DNA of 53,445 bases, taken from assembly GCA_964478775.1 (NCBI GenBank), contig CAYZJC010000003.1, positions 27,977 through 81,421 of the forward strand. The letters run 5' to 3'. Position numbers and translations under genes: made by a program. Under the pieces are notes generated by a model, which saw nothing but the letters and a program-made list of their open reading frames with translations, was not told where the DNA came from and made no database searches. Positions 29,046 through 36,032 of this stretch are shown here, piece by piece (the stretch's first letter is position 1; each line of letters opens with the position of its first letter). This DNA is from an uncultured Verrucomicrobiales bacterium. Lineage in GTDB: Bacteria > Pseudomonadota > Alphaproteobacteria > Paracaedibacterales > CAIOTO01.

Positions 29046-29522
29046 ATGAAAAATGATCACAAAGCACAACCAAATAATATGATTTATTTAATCAATGGTC
29101 CCAATCTTAATATGTTGGGGTATCGTGAATCTCAGTATTATGGCACAACTTCCCTAAAGGAAATCGAAAACTCATGTGAAACTGTATGTGGGGAAAATGG
29201 GTTTTCATTACGGTGCTTGCAAAGCAACCATGAAGGCCAACTGATTGATTGGATACAAGAAGCCCATCAATCCCCAAGCGTAAAAGGCATTTTGATTAAT
29301 GCCGGTGCTTTAAGTCATACCTCACTTGCCTTGCATGATGCCTTGAAAATGCTCACCATTCCTATAGTAGAGGTCCACTTAAGCAATATCTATAAACGTG
29401 AACTTGTGCGCCACCATTCGTATGTGTCGCAAGTGGCAACAGGAGTAGTTGTCGGATTTACCGATAATAGCTATGTTTTAGGCCTAAATGGCTTGCTAAG
29501 CCTCTTAACAGCCCAACATTAA
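29046..29522 (+). CDS. aroQ: Type II 3-dehydroquinate dehydratase
   Basis: 'INGPNLNMLGYRESQYYG', 'QSNHEGQLIDWIQEA', 'INAGALSHTSLALHDAL', 'VEVHLSNIYKRE'. Confidence 0.9.
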   Translation: MKNDHKAQPNNMIYLINGPNLNMLGYRESQYYGTTSLKEIENSCETVCGENGFSLRCLQSNHEGQLIDWIQEAHQSPSVKGILINAGALSHTSLALHDALKMLTIPIVEVHLSNIYKRELVRHHSYVSQVATGVVVGFTDNSYVLGLNGLLSLLTAQH

Positions 29523-29527
29523 AAGCA

Positions 29528-30094
29528 TTAAAAATAGCGAATACTAGCGGTGATATATTTATACCCTGTGATAAGGGTTAACATCGCCGATACCCACAAC
29601 AAAATTTCCCCCCCTAAATGGAGAGGGTGGTTTGGTGTCATGCTATTTCCAACTAACAAGCAACAAATAGAAAGCATTTGAAAACCGGTTTTCCACTTTG
29701 CTAAACGAGATACGGCAACTGTAACACGGTAGTTACTTAAATGTTCACGCAGGCCAGATACCAAAATTTCCCTGCATAAAATTACCAAGGCTGGGATGAG
29801 TGAAAATTTGCTAATGCGCCCAAAGCTTGCAAGAAGTAACAACATAGATGAAACAAGAAGTTTGTCTGCAATGGGGTCTAAAAATTGACCTAAGCGAGAT
29901 GTCTGTGAAAATGTACGTGCGATATAGCCATCTAGATAATCTGTAAAGCAACTCACAATAAAAATGACTGCGGCCATAAATCGCCAAGAGGCTGTATCCA
30001 TATAAAAAGCGAGCACTAAAATAGGGATAAAAATAATACGTATAAGTGTCAGAAGATTTGCCGTCTGCGGGGGCATATAAAAACTTGTTTTCAT
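29528..30094 (-). CDS. pgsA: CDP-diacylglycerol--glycerol-3-phosphate 3-phosphatidyltransferase
   Basis: CDP-alcohol phosphatidyltransferase motif 'DYLDGYIARTFSQTSRLGQFLDPIADKLL'. 188 aa, polytopic. Confidence 0.85.
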   Translation of the reverse strand: MKTSFYMPPQTANLLTLIRIIFIPILVLAFYMDTASWRFMAAVIFIVSCFTDYLDGYIARTFSQTSRLGQFLDPIADKLLVSSMLLLLASFGRISKFSLIPALVILCREILVSGLREHLSNYRVTVAVSRLAKWKTGFQMLSICCLLVGNSMTPNHPLHLGGEILLWVSAMLTLITGYKYITASIRYF

Positions 30095-30254
30095 GCATTA
30101 TTAACTTTGTGTCTGTCTTATTCTTTTATAACCTGGTTTGTTTGGTTGATGCAAGTTATCTTGTGGTGTTTTTTAGGAAGCGTTCATGTATAACGGCAAC
30201 ACCTCTGGAATGATGGTTGAAAAAACCCGCACTGTGGCGGGCTTTTGAGAATCT

Positions 30255-30839
30255 TTACGCCTTTTGGTTAATCACAACAAGCGGTGCTGCTTGTTTGCGC
30301 TCACCTGGCAAGTCTTGCATTGATTGAACTTCTTGTGGCAGACCTGAATTATCTGGAATGATACGTGCACGTTCAAATGTACGTGAGTCAGAAGGGACAA
30401 GTACCAAAACCTTTTGTCCAATAGGCATAGGTTGTTCATCGCGTTGCACAAGGGTTATGATGCGGCCATTTGTTAAGCGCACAACATATTCAGATGCCTC
30501 TTGTTTTCCCATTGCATCTTCCGCAAGCGCACCGCCAATGCCACCTAATAAAGCGCCAGCCCCAATACCAACTAGTGTTCCATGTCCTTTACCAAAGGCT
30601 GAGCCAAGAAGGCCACCCCCTAATGCACCAACCGCTGCACCTTTGCCACTATCACCTGCTTTGTCTTGTTCATTGACTTCTACAATACGGTGACTTAAAA
30701 CTGTGCCTTGATACGTATTACTTACACTGCCTACGTGACCTGCATTATATTGGTTTCCACCAATACGTCGTTGGCAACCTGTTCCTGCTGTTAAGGCAAC
30801 AGCTACCATAAGTGATGTTAAAATATATTTTTTCATCAT
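30255..30839 (-). CDS. Glycine-zipper outer-membrane lipoprotein (SlyB / 17-kDa surface antigen-like)
   Basis: Lipobox 'LTAGTGC'. Glycine zipper 'GAAVGALGGGLLGSAFGKGHGTLVGIGAGALLGGIGGALA'. A C-terminal beta segment follows. Confidence 0.7.
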   Translation of the reverse strand: MMKKYILTSLMVAVALTAGTGCQRRIGGNQYNAGHVGSVSNTYQGTVLSHRIVEVNEQDKAGDSGKGAAVGALGGGLLGSAFGKGHGTLVGIGAGALLGGIGGALAEDAMGKQEASEYVVRLTNGRIITLVQRDEQPMPIGQKVLVLVPSDSRTFERARIIPDNSGLPQEVQSMQDLPGERKQAAPLVVINQKA

Positions 30840-31066
30840 TGTATTTTCCTGATTTTGTGAGAAATGATGTTTCTTTTATAGCACGTTTATGAATTTCCTC
30901 TCAAATACTTTTCGTTATGTTGAAGTGAAGTCTATAAAAACACTTCTCTGCTGCTTGCAAGAGGTTAAGAGTGCTTATAAATTCATTGATATTATCTACA
31001 TTTTACGAGATGATAGTAAGGAGGTATAAGCCCTTAAATAAATATATCGCTCAACGAAAGACGGCC

Positions 31067-31438
31067 ATGTTTTTAAGTAACTATTTGCCAATTTTGGTGT
31101 TTTTAGCCATATCAGCCGGGCTGGCCCTTGCCTTGATGATGGTTTCTTATTTGCGAGGTAGGCAAAACCCTTATCCACAAAAGGAATCAGCTTATGAATG
31201 TGGTTTTGATGCATTCGCATTACCGCAAGACAATGCCAGGTCACGCTTTGACGTACAGTTTTACTTAGTGTCTATCTTGTTTATTATTTTTGATATTGAA
31301 ATTATTTTCCTTGTACCTTACGCAATCGTGCTTGAAAAAATTGGTTGGTTTGGGTTTTATTCTATGCTCGTTTTCTTAAGCGTGCTAACGGTAGGCTTTT
31401 TATATGAATGGAAAAAGGGAGCTTTGGAATGGCGCTAA
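31067..31438 (+). CDS. nuoA: NADH-quinone oxidoreductase subunit A
   Basis: '[12 protein letters not shown]...[29 protein letters not shown]...[12 protein letters not shown]'. The ORF is open from 30971, but the ATG at 31067 gives the usual ~123 aa. Confidence 0.87.
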   Translation: MFLSNYLPILVFLAISAGLALALMMVSYLRGRQNPYPQKESAYECGFDAFALPQDNARSRFDVQFYLVSILFIIFDIEIIFLVPYAIVLEKIGWFGFYSMLVFLSVLTVGFLYEWKKGALEWR

Positions 31439-32013
31439 ATTTAAATGACTTACGCCCTTATCTTTCAAAAGATATGCAAGACGAACAAGCCTTGTTTGAC
31501 GCTGCTAATCAAGAACTCAGTAACCGTGGTTTTATTTTAACCAAGCTTGACTCATTAGCTGCTTGGGCGCAAAGTGGGTCGCTATGGCCCATGACATTTG
31601 GTCTTGCGTGCTGCGCTGTTGAAATGATGCAGGCGGCAGCCAGTCGTTACGATATGGATAGATTTGGTGTCGTCTTTAGGCCAAGCCCACGTCAGTCAGA
31701 TGTCATGATTGTCGCAGGCACACTGACTAACAAGATGGCACCTGCTTTACGAAAAGTGTATGACCAAATGCCTGAACCCAGGTGGGTTATTTCTATGGGA
31801 AGCTGCGCAAATGGTGGTGGATACTACCATTATTCTTATTCCGTTGTGCGTGGGTGCGACACCATTGTGCCTGTTGATATTTACGTGCCAGGGTGCCCAC
31901 CAACAGCAGAAGGGTTGATGTATGCCATTTTATTGTTACAGCAAAAAATTAAGAAGGGTGAACACTTAAAACCGGCTTTGCATTTTCCCACAAAGCCCTT
32001 GATCAATGTCTAA
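31429..32013 (+). CDS. nuoB: NADH-quinone oxidoreductase subunit B
   Basis: '[17 protein letters not shown]', '[18 protein letters not shown]', '[14 protein letters not shown]', '[10 protein letters not shown]'. The ATG at 31429 overlaps the nuoA stop; the ORF-track start is 31408. Confidence 0.92.
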   Translation: MALNLNDLRPYLSKDMQDEQALFDAANQELSNRGFILTKLDSLAAWAQSGSLWPMTFGLACCAVEMMQAAASRYDMDRFGVVFRPSPRQSDVMIVAGTLTNKMAPALRKVYDQMPEPRWVISMGSCANGGGYYHYSYSVVRGCDTIVPVDIYVPGCPPTAEGLMYAILLLQQKIKKGEHLKPALHFPTKPLINV

Positions 32014-32037
32014 GGTGAATATTTCAGGTGAAAATGT

Positions 32038-32241
32038 ATGACAAAACAATCTCCTCAAGAAGAACAGCTAACACCGCCCATTATGATTGCAGATAAAGTG
32101 ATTGGGTGCGACGGCTCAGCACTATATAATGGCAATGCGAGCGATGGCGCTATGAAGCACCCACTTGTCTATTTAAATTTACAGTCAGAGCAACCAACGA
32201 CTTGCCCATATTGTAGTTGTCGATTTCAAATTAAACGATAA
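32038..32241 (+). CDS. zf-CHCC zinc-finger protein (NDUFS6-like)
   Basis: 67 aa. 'IGCDGS...HPLVYLNLQSEQPTTCPYCSCRF' matches the zf-CHCC pattern (C..DG..GHP.VYL.L.....CPYCG..F) shared with the C-terminus of mitochondrial NDUFS6. Confidence 0.75.
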   Translation: MTKQSPQEEQLTPPIMIADKVIGCDGSALYNGNASDGAMKHPLVYLNLQSEQPTTCPYCSCRFQIKR

Positions 32242-32251
32242 GAAAAAAATA

Positions 32252-32319
32252 AAAGCGGACTTATTTTAGGAAAACCTTTAACAAGTCCGCTTTATGTCCC
32301 TTATAAAATTATAAGGGAC
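32252..32319. terminator. Two tandem hairpins in a convergent intergenic region (likely terminators)
   Basis: AAAGCGGACTT (32252-32262) pairs with AAGTCCGCTTT (32283-32293), a perfect 11-bp stem. Next comes the near-perfect palindrome GTCCCTTATAAAATTATAAGGGAC (32296-32319). Confidence 0.55.
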
Positions 32320-32329
32320 AAGCTATAAA

Positions 32330-33166
32330 TTAGCCAATGCACAAAGAAGTTGTGTTTGCTTCTTCATATTTGGAGATGCAAAATTCAGCAAACATACGTT
32401 GTAGGTCTGTTAATCCTGCTTGTTCGAAACTAGCTTTGCTTTCTAAAATTTTTCCCCCTAAATTAGCTGCAATGCCCCTAGATAATGTTGCATAATGTGC
32501 ATCGACATCATTAGGTTCAAAGAGGAGTGCGTCAGTAAAAAACAGTCGGCTGGAAAATGCTGTTTTTTTATTGGCTAAAAATGGAGTTTTGATTTGTTGC
32601 ATGCTGTCAACTGTAAGCCAGCTTTTGACTTCGGCTTCATCAAAGTCACGTGCTTCAAGTGGTGTATATGTGAGTGGGGAATCAGGTTCAGCAACAAAAT
32701 TACGTACTTCTTCTTTTTCAAGGTATTTCGCTAAGAAGTGGCCTGCGAATAAGCGTTGTTCTTCTGAAAGTACTGAACGGTTTAATTCATTTTGACTTCT
32801 AAAAACCAAAGTTCCAATACTGTAAAAACTTCGAGTTTCCGAGTCAATTGTATTTTTTTTCGCAAATTGATCCACAATACTTTTCAAGAATGTTCTTAGT
32901 ATTGCTTCTTTAGGGTTTGAATGATTGTATATAGCAGCAAGATTTACGGCTGTGCAAAGTCTTGCAAATTCATCATCACCCAAGAGTTGGGCGGTAATAG
33001 GGGGATTTTCTTCAAAAAAAGAAAGACCACCTAGGGCTTGTGTTGTTGAAGACAGATCTGCCGTAGACACAGAATTTTGTTCTTCTTTTAACATCGCGTA
33101 TGATGTATTGATTGTCGAAAGGACTGTGCCAGCACTTACGAACAAAAATGATAATTTTTTAATCAT
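32330..33166 (-). CDS. Hypothetical exported protein
   Basis: 278 aa. Signal peptide 'LSFLFVSAGTVLSTINTSYA'. No family recognised. Confidence 0.5.
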   Translation of the reverse strand: MIKKLSFLFVSAGTVLSTINTSYAMLKEEQNSVSTADLSSTTQALGGLSFFEENPPITAQLLGDDEFARLCTAVNLAAIYNHSNPKEAILRTFLKSIVDQFAKKNTIDSETRSFYSIGTLVFRSQNELNRSVLSEEQRLFAGHFLAKYLEKEEVRNFVAEPDSPLTYTPLEARDFDEAEVKSWLTVDSMQQIKTPFLANKKTAFSSRLFFTDALLFEPNDVDAHYATLSRGIAANLGGKILESKASFEQAGLTDLQRMFAEFCISKYEEANTTSLCIG

Positions 33167-33479
33167 ATTTATATAATTCCAGTTAGATTGTTTTGCAATT
33201 AGGAATCAGATTCTATAATAATTATTATTATCAATCAAGTTTTTTATTTTCTTAGGGAATACCTAAGTCATTGTATAAATATATTTTCCTATTTTAATTT
33301 CTTATTAACTATTAATGTTTAAAATGAGATCAGTCGCAAATACGTATGTGGTATTGTTGATTTGATTTTGTTACAGGTGTGCGCAGGTATACCCGGCATA
33401 GTTTTAGCATAATGAATTGACACCTACATTTTAAGCTTAACGTATGGAAATATCTGATAGCCTGTTATGAATTGCTGCA

Positions 33480-33607
33480 TGAACAGGACAGGCGGAGCAT
33501 TAGGTGGTGTTTAGTCTGACTATAGGAGGGATTGTGACCCCCCACCCTTGGAACAAGGGTGGAAAGTCATGGGCGGGGGGTGGCAAAGGCAAAATAATTT
33601 AATTTAA
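33480..33607. ncRNA. GC-rich structured island inside an AT-rich intergenic region; candidate small RNA or leader element (strand undetermined)
   Basis: Perfect hairpin CCACCCTT-ggaac-AAGGGTGG (33542-33562), flanked by a C6 run (33538-33543) and a G6 run (33575-80). There is a further 6-bp stem CCTGTT/AACAGG (33461-33487). The minus-strand reading carries several C-rich CCUCC-like stretches. Confidence 0.25.
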
Positions 33608-33682
33608 ATTTAATGTAACTTGTACTTTTAGGTGCTTGGAAAATTAAATTTCCTTTGCTTATTATAAATATAAACAAAAAGC

Positions 33683-33704
33683 ACATGGGCTTTTCCATGT
33701 TTTT
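33683..33704. terminator. Weak hairpin plus T/A runs (possible bidirectional terminator for a transcript from the GC-rich island)
   Basis: ACATGG-gctttt-CCATGT followed by TTTT and then AAAAAAA. The stem is 6 bp. Confidence 0.25.
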
Positions 33705-33947
33705 AAAAAAACATTAACAAATTATGTTATGAAAATAAAGATTATTTAATAATTTACAATCACAAAGCTACATATATTAAAATAAAATTTCTAAAACAGC
33801 ATCTTTTCCAATGATTAAAATTTTAATAAAATTACATATGTTAACATTTATCATGTACTTCTTTTCCCCTCTCCTTGAGGATAGTAGTTAAGAAAAACAT
33901 CCTTAACACCTCGTGGATGTACTTACATTATAGATAGGAGAGACTGA

Positions 33948-34541
33948 ATGAAAGAAAACCTTAAAGCCGCATGGACCAATGAAGAAATCACCTTATTGGC
34001 AGATGAGTATATCAAAGGAACGCGCATTATCGACCTTGCCGTTATGTTGAAGAGAACACCAACATCCCTTAACAAGGCCTTACATCGTTTTGGGATTAGA
34101 AAGCACATCCCGCGTGTGAAGCCCTTGTTTACTTTCGAAAATATGGCCGGTAACTTTATAAGCGCTGCGTCTGGTAAAGGCAAGAGGCGAAAACAGAAAA
34201 TGATTTACCAGCGAAAAGCATACCCTGTTGTTAAAAAAATCTGTGTGCAAAAAGCAAAAGAGGAAAACAAAAGTATTATTGCGCAACAAATGGAAGCCAT
34301 TGTTGAAACGCAAATAAATTATAAGGTGAGACGCTGGGTGCATATGTCATGCGTGTTGCGCTATTTGCGTGAAAAAAATTACTTAGTGTTCAAAACTCAA
34401 GCGGGAATCACCCCTGCAGATGAGGTCTATCATCTTAATGGTAACGCTTACAATCATCTACAGCTTGTGAAATTTGCAAATGCAGACCGTGAAAAACGTG
34501 GTCTATCACCTTTATATGTGAAAGGCACAACATGGGAGTAG
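33948..34541 (+). CDS. Hypothetical DNA-binding protein with GcrA/Myb-like helix-turn-helix N-terminus
   Basis: 197 aa, with SD 'aggaga' 7 nt upstream. 'AWTNEEITLLADEYIKGTRIIDLAVMLKRTPTSLNKALHRFGIRK' aligns without gaps to the GcrA N-terminal pattern WT.E....L......G.....IA..L........K.HR.G(L/I). The middle is basic and the C-terminal domain is unknown. Confidence 0.45.
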   Translation: MKENLKAAWTNEEITLLADEYIKGTRIIDLAVMLKRTPTSLNKALHRFGIRKHIPRVKPLFTFENMAGNFISAASGKGKRRKQKMIYQRKAYPVVKKICVQKAKEENKSIIAQQMEAIVETQINYKVRRWVHMSCVLRYLREKNYLVFKTQAGITPADEVYHLNGNAYNHLQLVKFANADREKRGLSPLYVKGTTWE

Positions 34542-35029
34542 GTCATTTTTCCAAACTAGACATCTTCAATCAATTATATGAAGATAAAATCATTACTGAG
34601 CAAGCATGGTGTTATGTGAAAATTGTAAGACGGGTTGCACGTAAAGCCATGGCATGTATTCATTTAACCGACCATGTTTCCTCGCAGTTAAATAAAATAG
34701 AAACCATGGGTATTGGTTGTTATGTTCAGCAGCAAGCCCATGCGCGTGAAGAAAGACAATGGCGAGACTTAATGACAATTTTTAAACGTTACGAAACCCG
34801 TCACAAGTTTGACACGCATTTATTGTGGCTTGCCATAGACCCGACACTGGTCAGTAAAAGCGACTTGTCTCTGCAATATTTAATGATGTCAGACAAACTG
34901 AGCACAGCAGAACAAAGGCACAAAATTGCGCAAGTGATGAATGCGTTGAAACAAGGGGTGGAAATTGTATGCAAAGCACAGCTACGAAACCTACGCAGAA
35001 AGTCGGAGACATCACAGATTTTCATATAA
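34532..35029 (+). CDS. Hypothetical protein, translationally coupled to the preceding gene
   Basis: 165 aa. Its start overlaps the upstream stop by 10 nt. No family recognised. It ends 64 bp before motA. Confidence 0.4.
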   Translation: MGVGHFSKLDIFNQLYEDKIITEQAWCYVKIVRRVARKAMACIHLTDHVSSQLNKIETMGIGCYVQQQAHAREERQWRDLMTIFKRYETRHKFDTHLLWLAIDPTLVSKSDLSLQYLMMSDKLSTAEQRHKIAQVMNALKQGVEIVCKAQLRNLRRKSETSQIFI

Positions 35030-35093
35030 ATTAATATTTTAATAACACTATTTTGGTAAGCTTAAATATCATAAATATAGAGATTTAAGTTTC

Positions 35094-35954
35094 ATGAAGT
35101 TTTATGCAGGTATAGCTGCTGTTATTATATGTATTATCATTGGGTACATGGGTGCTGGTGGGCACTTAGGTGTGTTATGGCAACCATTTGAATTTATTAT
35201 TATTCTTGGTGCGGCTGGTGGTGCCTTTGCTATTGCAAACCCTGCTGCGCTCCTTGGGCGTGTAACGGGGAACATTAATAAAATTATAGCGGGGCCAAAA
35301 TATTTGAAAAAAGACTATGTTCAGCTTTTAACCCTTTTGTTTAGCATTTTTAAGCTTGCCAAAGCGAAAGGGATGTTATCACTAGAAGCACATATTGAAA
35401 ATCCATTTGACTCTGCTATCTTTCAAAAATTCCCATCATTCATGTCAAACCATTCAGCGTTGAGTTTCTTGTGTGACTATTTAAGGTTAATGACAATGGG
35501 TAGCGATAACCCCCATCAACTTGAAGACCTAATGGGGGAAGAGCTGGAAGTTCTCTTTCATGAAGACCATGCTGACATTTCTGCTTTTGAAAAAATGGCG
35601 GATGGTTTGCCTGCACTTGGAATTGTTGCGGCTGTGCTTGGGGTTATTCACACGATGGGTTCTATTAGTCAACCCCCAGAAGTTTTGGGAAATTTAATTG
35701 GTGCTGCACTTGTGGGAACATTCTTTGGAATTTTAGTAAGTTATGGCTTCGTAGGCCCAATGGCGCAATCATTAGAAGCCACATTAAAGGCAGACCAAAA
35801 ATATATTTTATGTATTAAAACAGCAATCGTTGCATATTTGGGTGGTTCAGCCCCCATTATTATTGTGGAATGCGCCAGAAAAATACTAGACGAAGAACAA
35901 CGACCAAGTTTTGCGGAAATGGAAATAGCAACACAACAGGCAGCAGATGCTTAA
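35094..35954 (+). CDS. motA: Flagellar motor stator protein MotA
   Basis: 286 aa. 'LGVLWQPFEFIIILGAAGGAFAIANP', 'GMLSLEAHIENP', 'ADGLPALGIVAAVLGVIHTMG', 'LGNLIGAALVGTFFGILVSYGFVGP'. Confidence 0.9.
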   Translation: MKFYAGIAAVIICIIIGYMGAGGHLGVLWQPFEFIIILGAAGGAFAIANPAALLGRVTGNINKIIAGPKYLKKDYVQLLTLLFSIFKLAKAKGMLSLEAHIENPFDSAIFQKFPSFMSNHSALSFLCDYLRLMTMGSDNPHQLEDLMGEELEVLFHEDHADISAFEKMADGLPALGIVAAVLGVIHTMGSISQPPEVLGNLIGAALVGTFFGILVSYGFVGPMAQSLEATLKADQKYILCIKTAIVAYLGGSAPIIIVECARKILDEEQRPSFAEMEIATQQAADA

Positions 35955-36032
35955 CACAAAAGTGTTATGCCTTTAACAAATAATTAGTCCAGGAGGGACT
36001 AAAAATGATGACGGTTTCAAAGGTAGTGGTGC

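Noticed and set aside
30971-31066. 32-codon N-terminal extension of the nuoA ORF (GTG start at 30971) and the 7-codon extension of nuoB (31408)
   Set aside because: The extensions have no homology to NuoA/NuoB N-termini. The internal ATGs at 31067 and 31429 give canonical lengths and the usual nuoA/nuoB overlap.
33556-33575. 'GGTGGAAAGTCATGGGC' resembles the conserved GAGGAAAGUCCGGGC (P4) element of RNase P RNA
   Set aside because: The other universally conserved RNase P RNA element (ACAGAA..CGGCUUA) is absent, and I could not find the required ~350-nt structured context. The downstream sequence is AT-rich filler. I also found no tRNA-like T-arm (GGTTCGA) for a tmRNA and no SRP RNA helix-8 motif.
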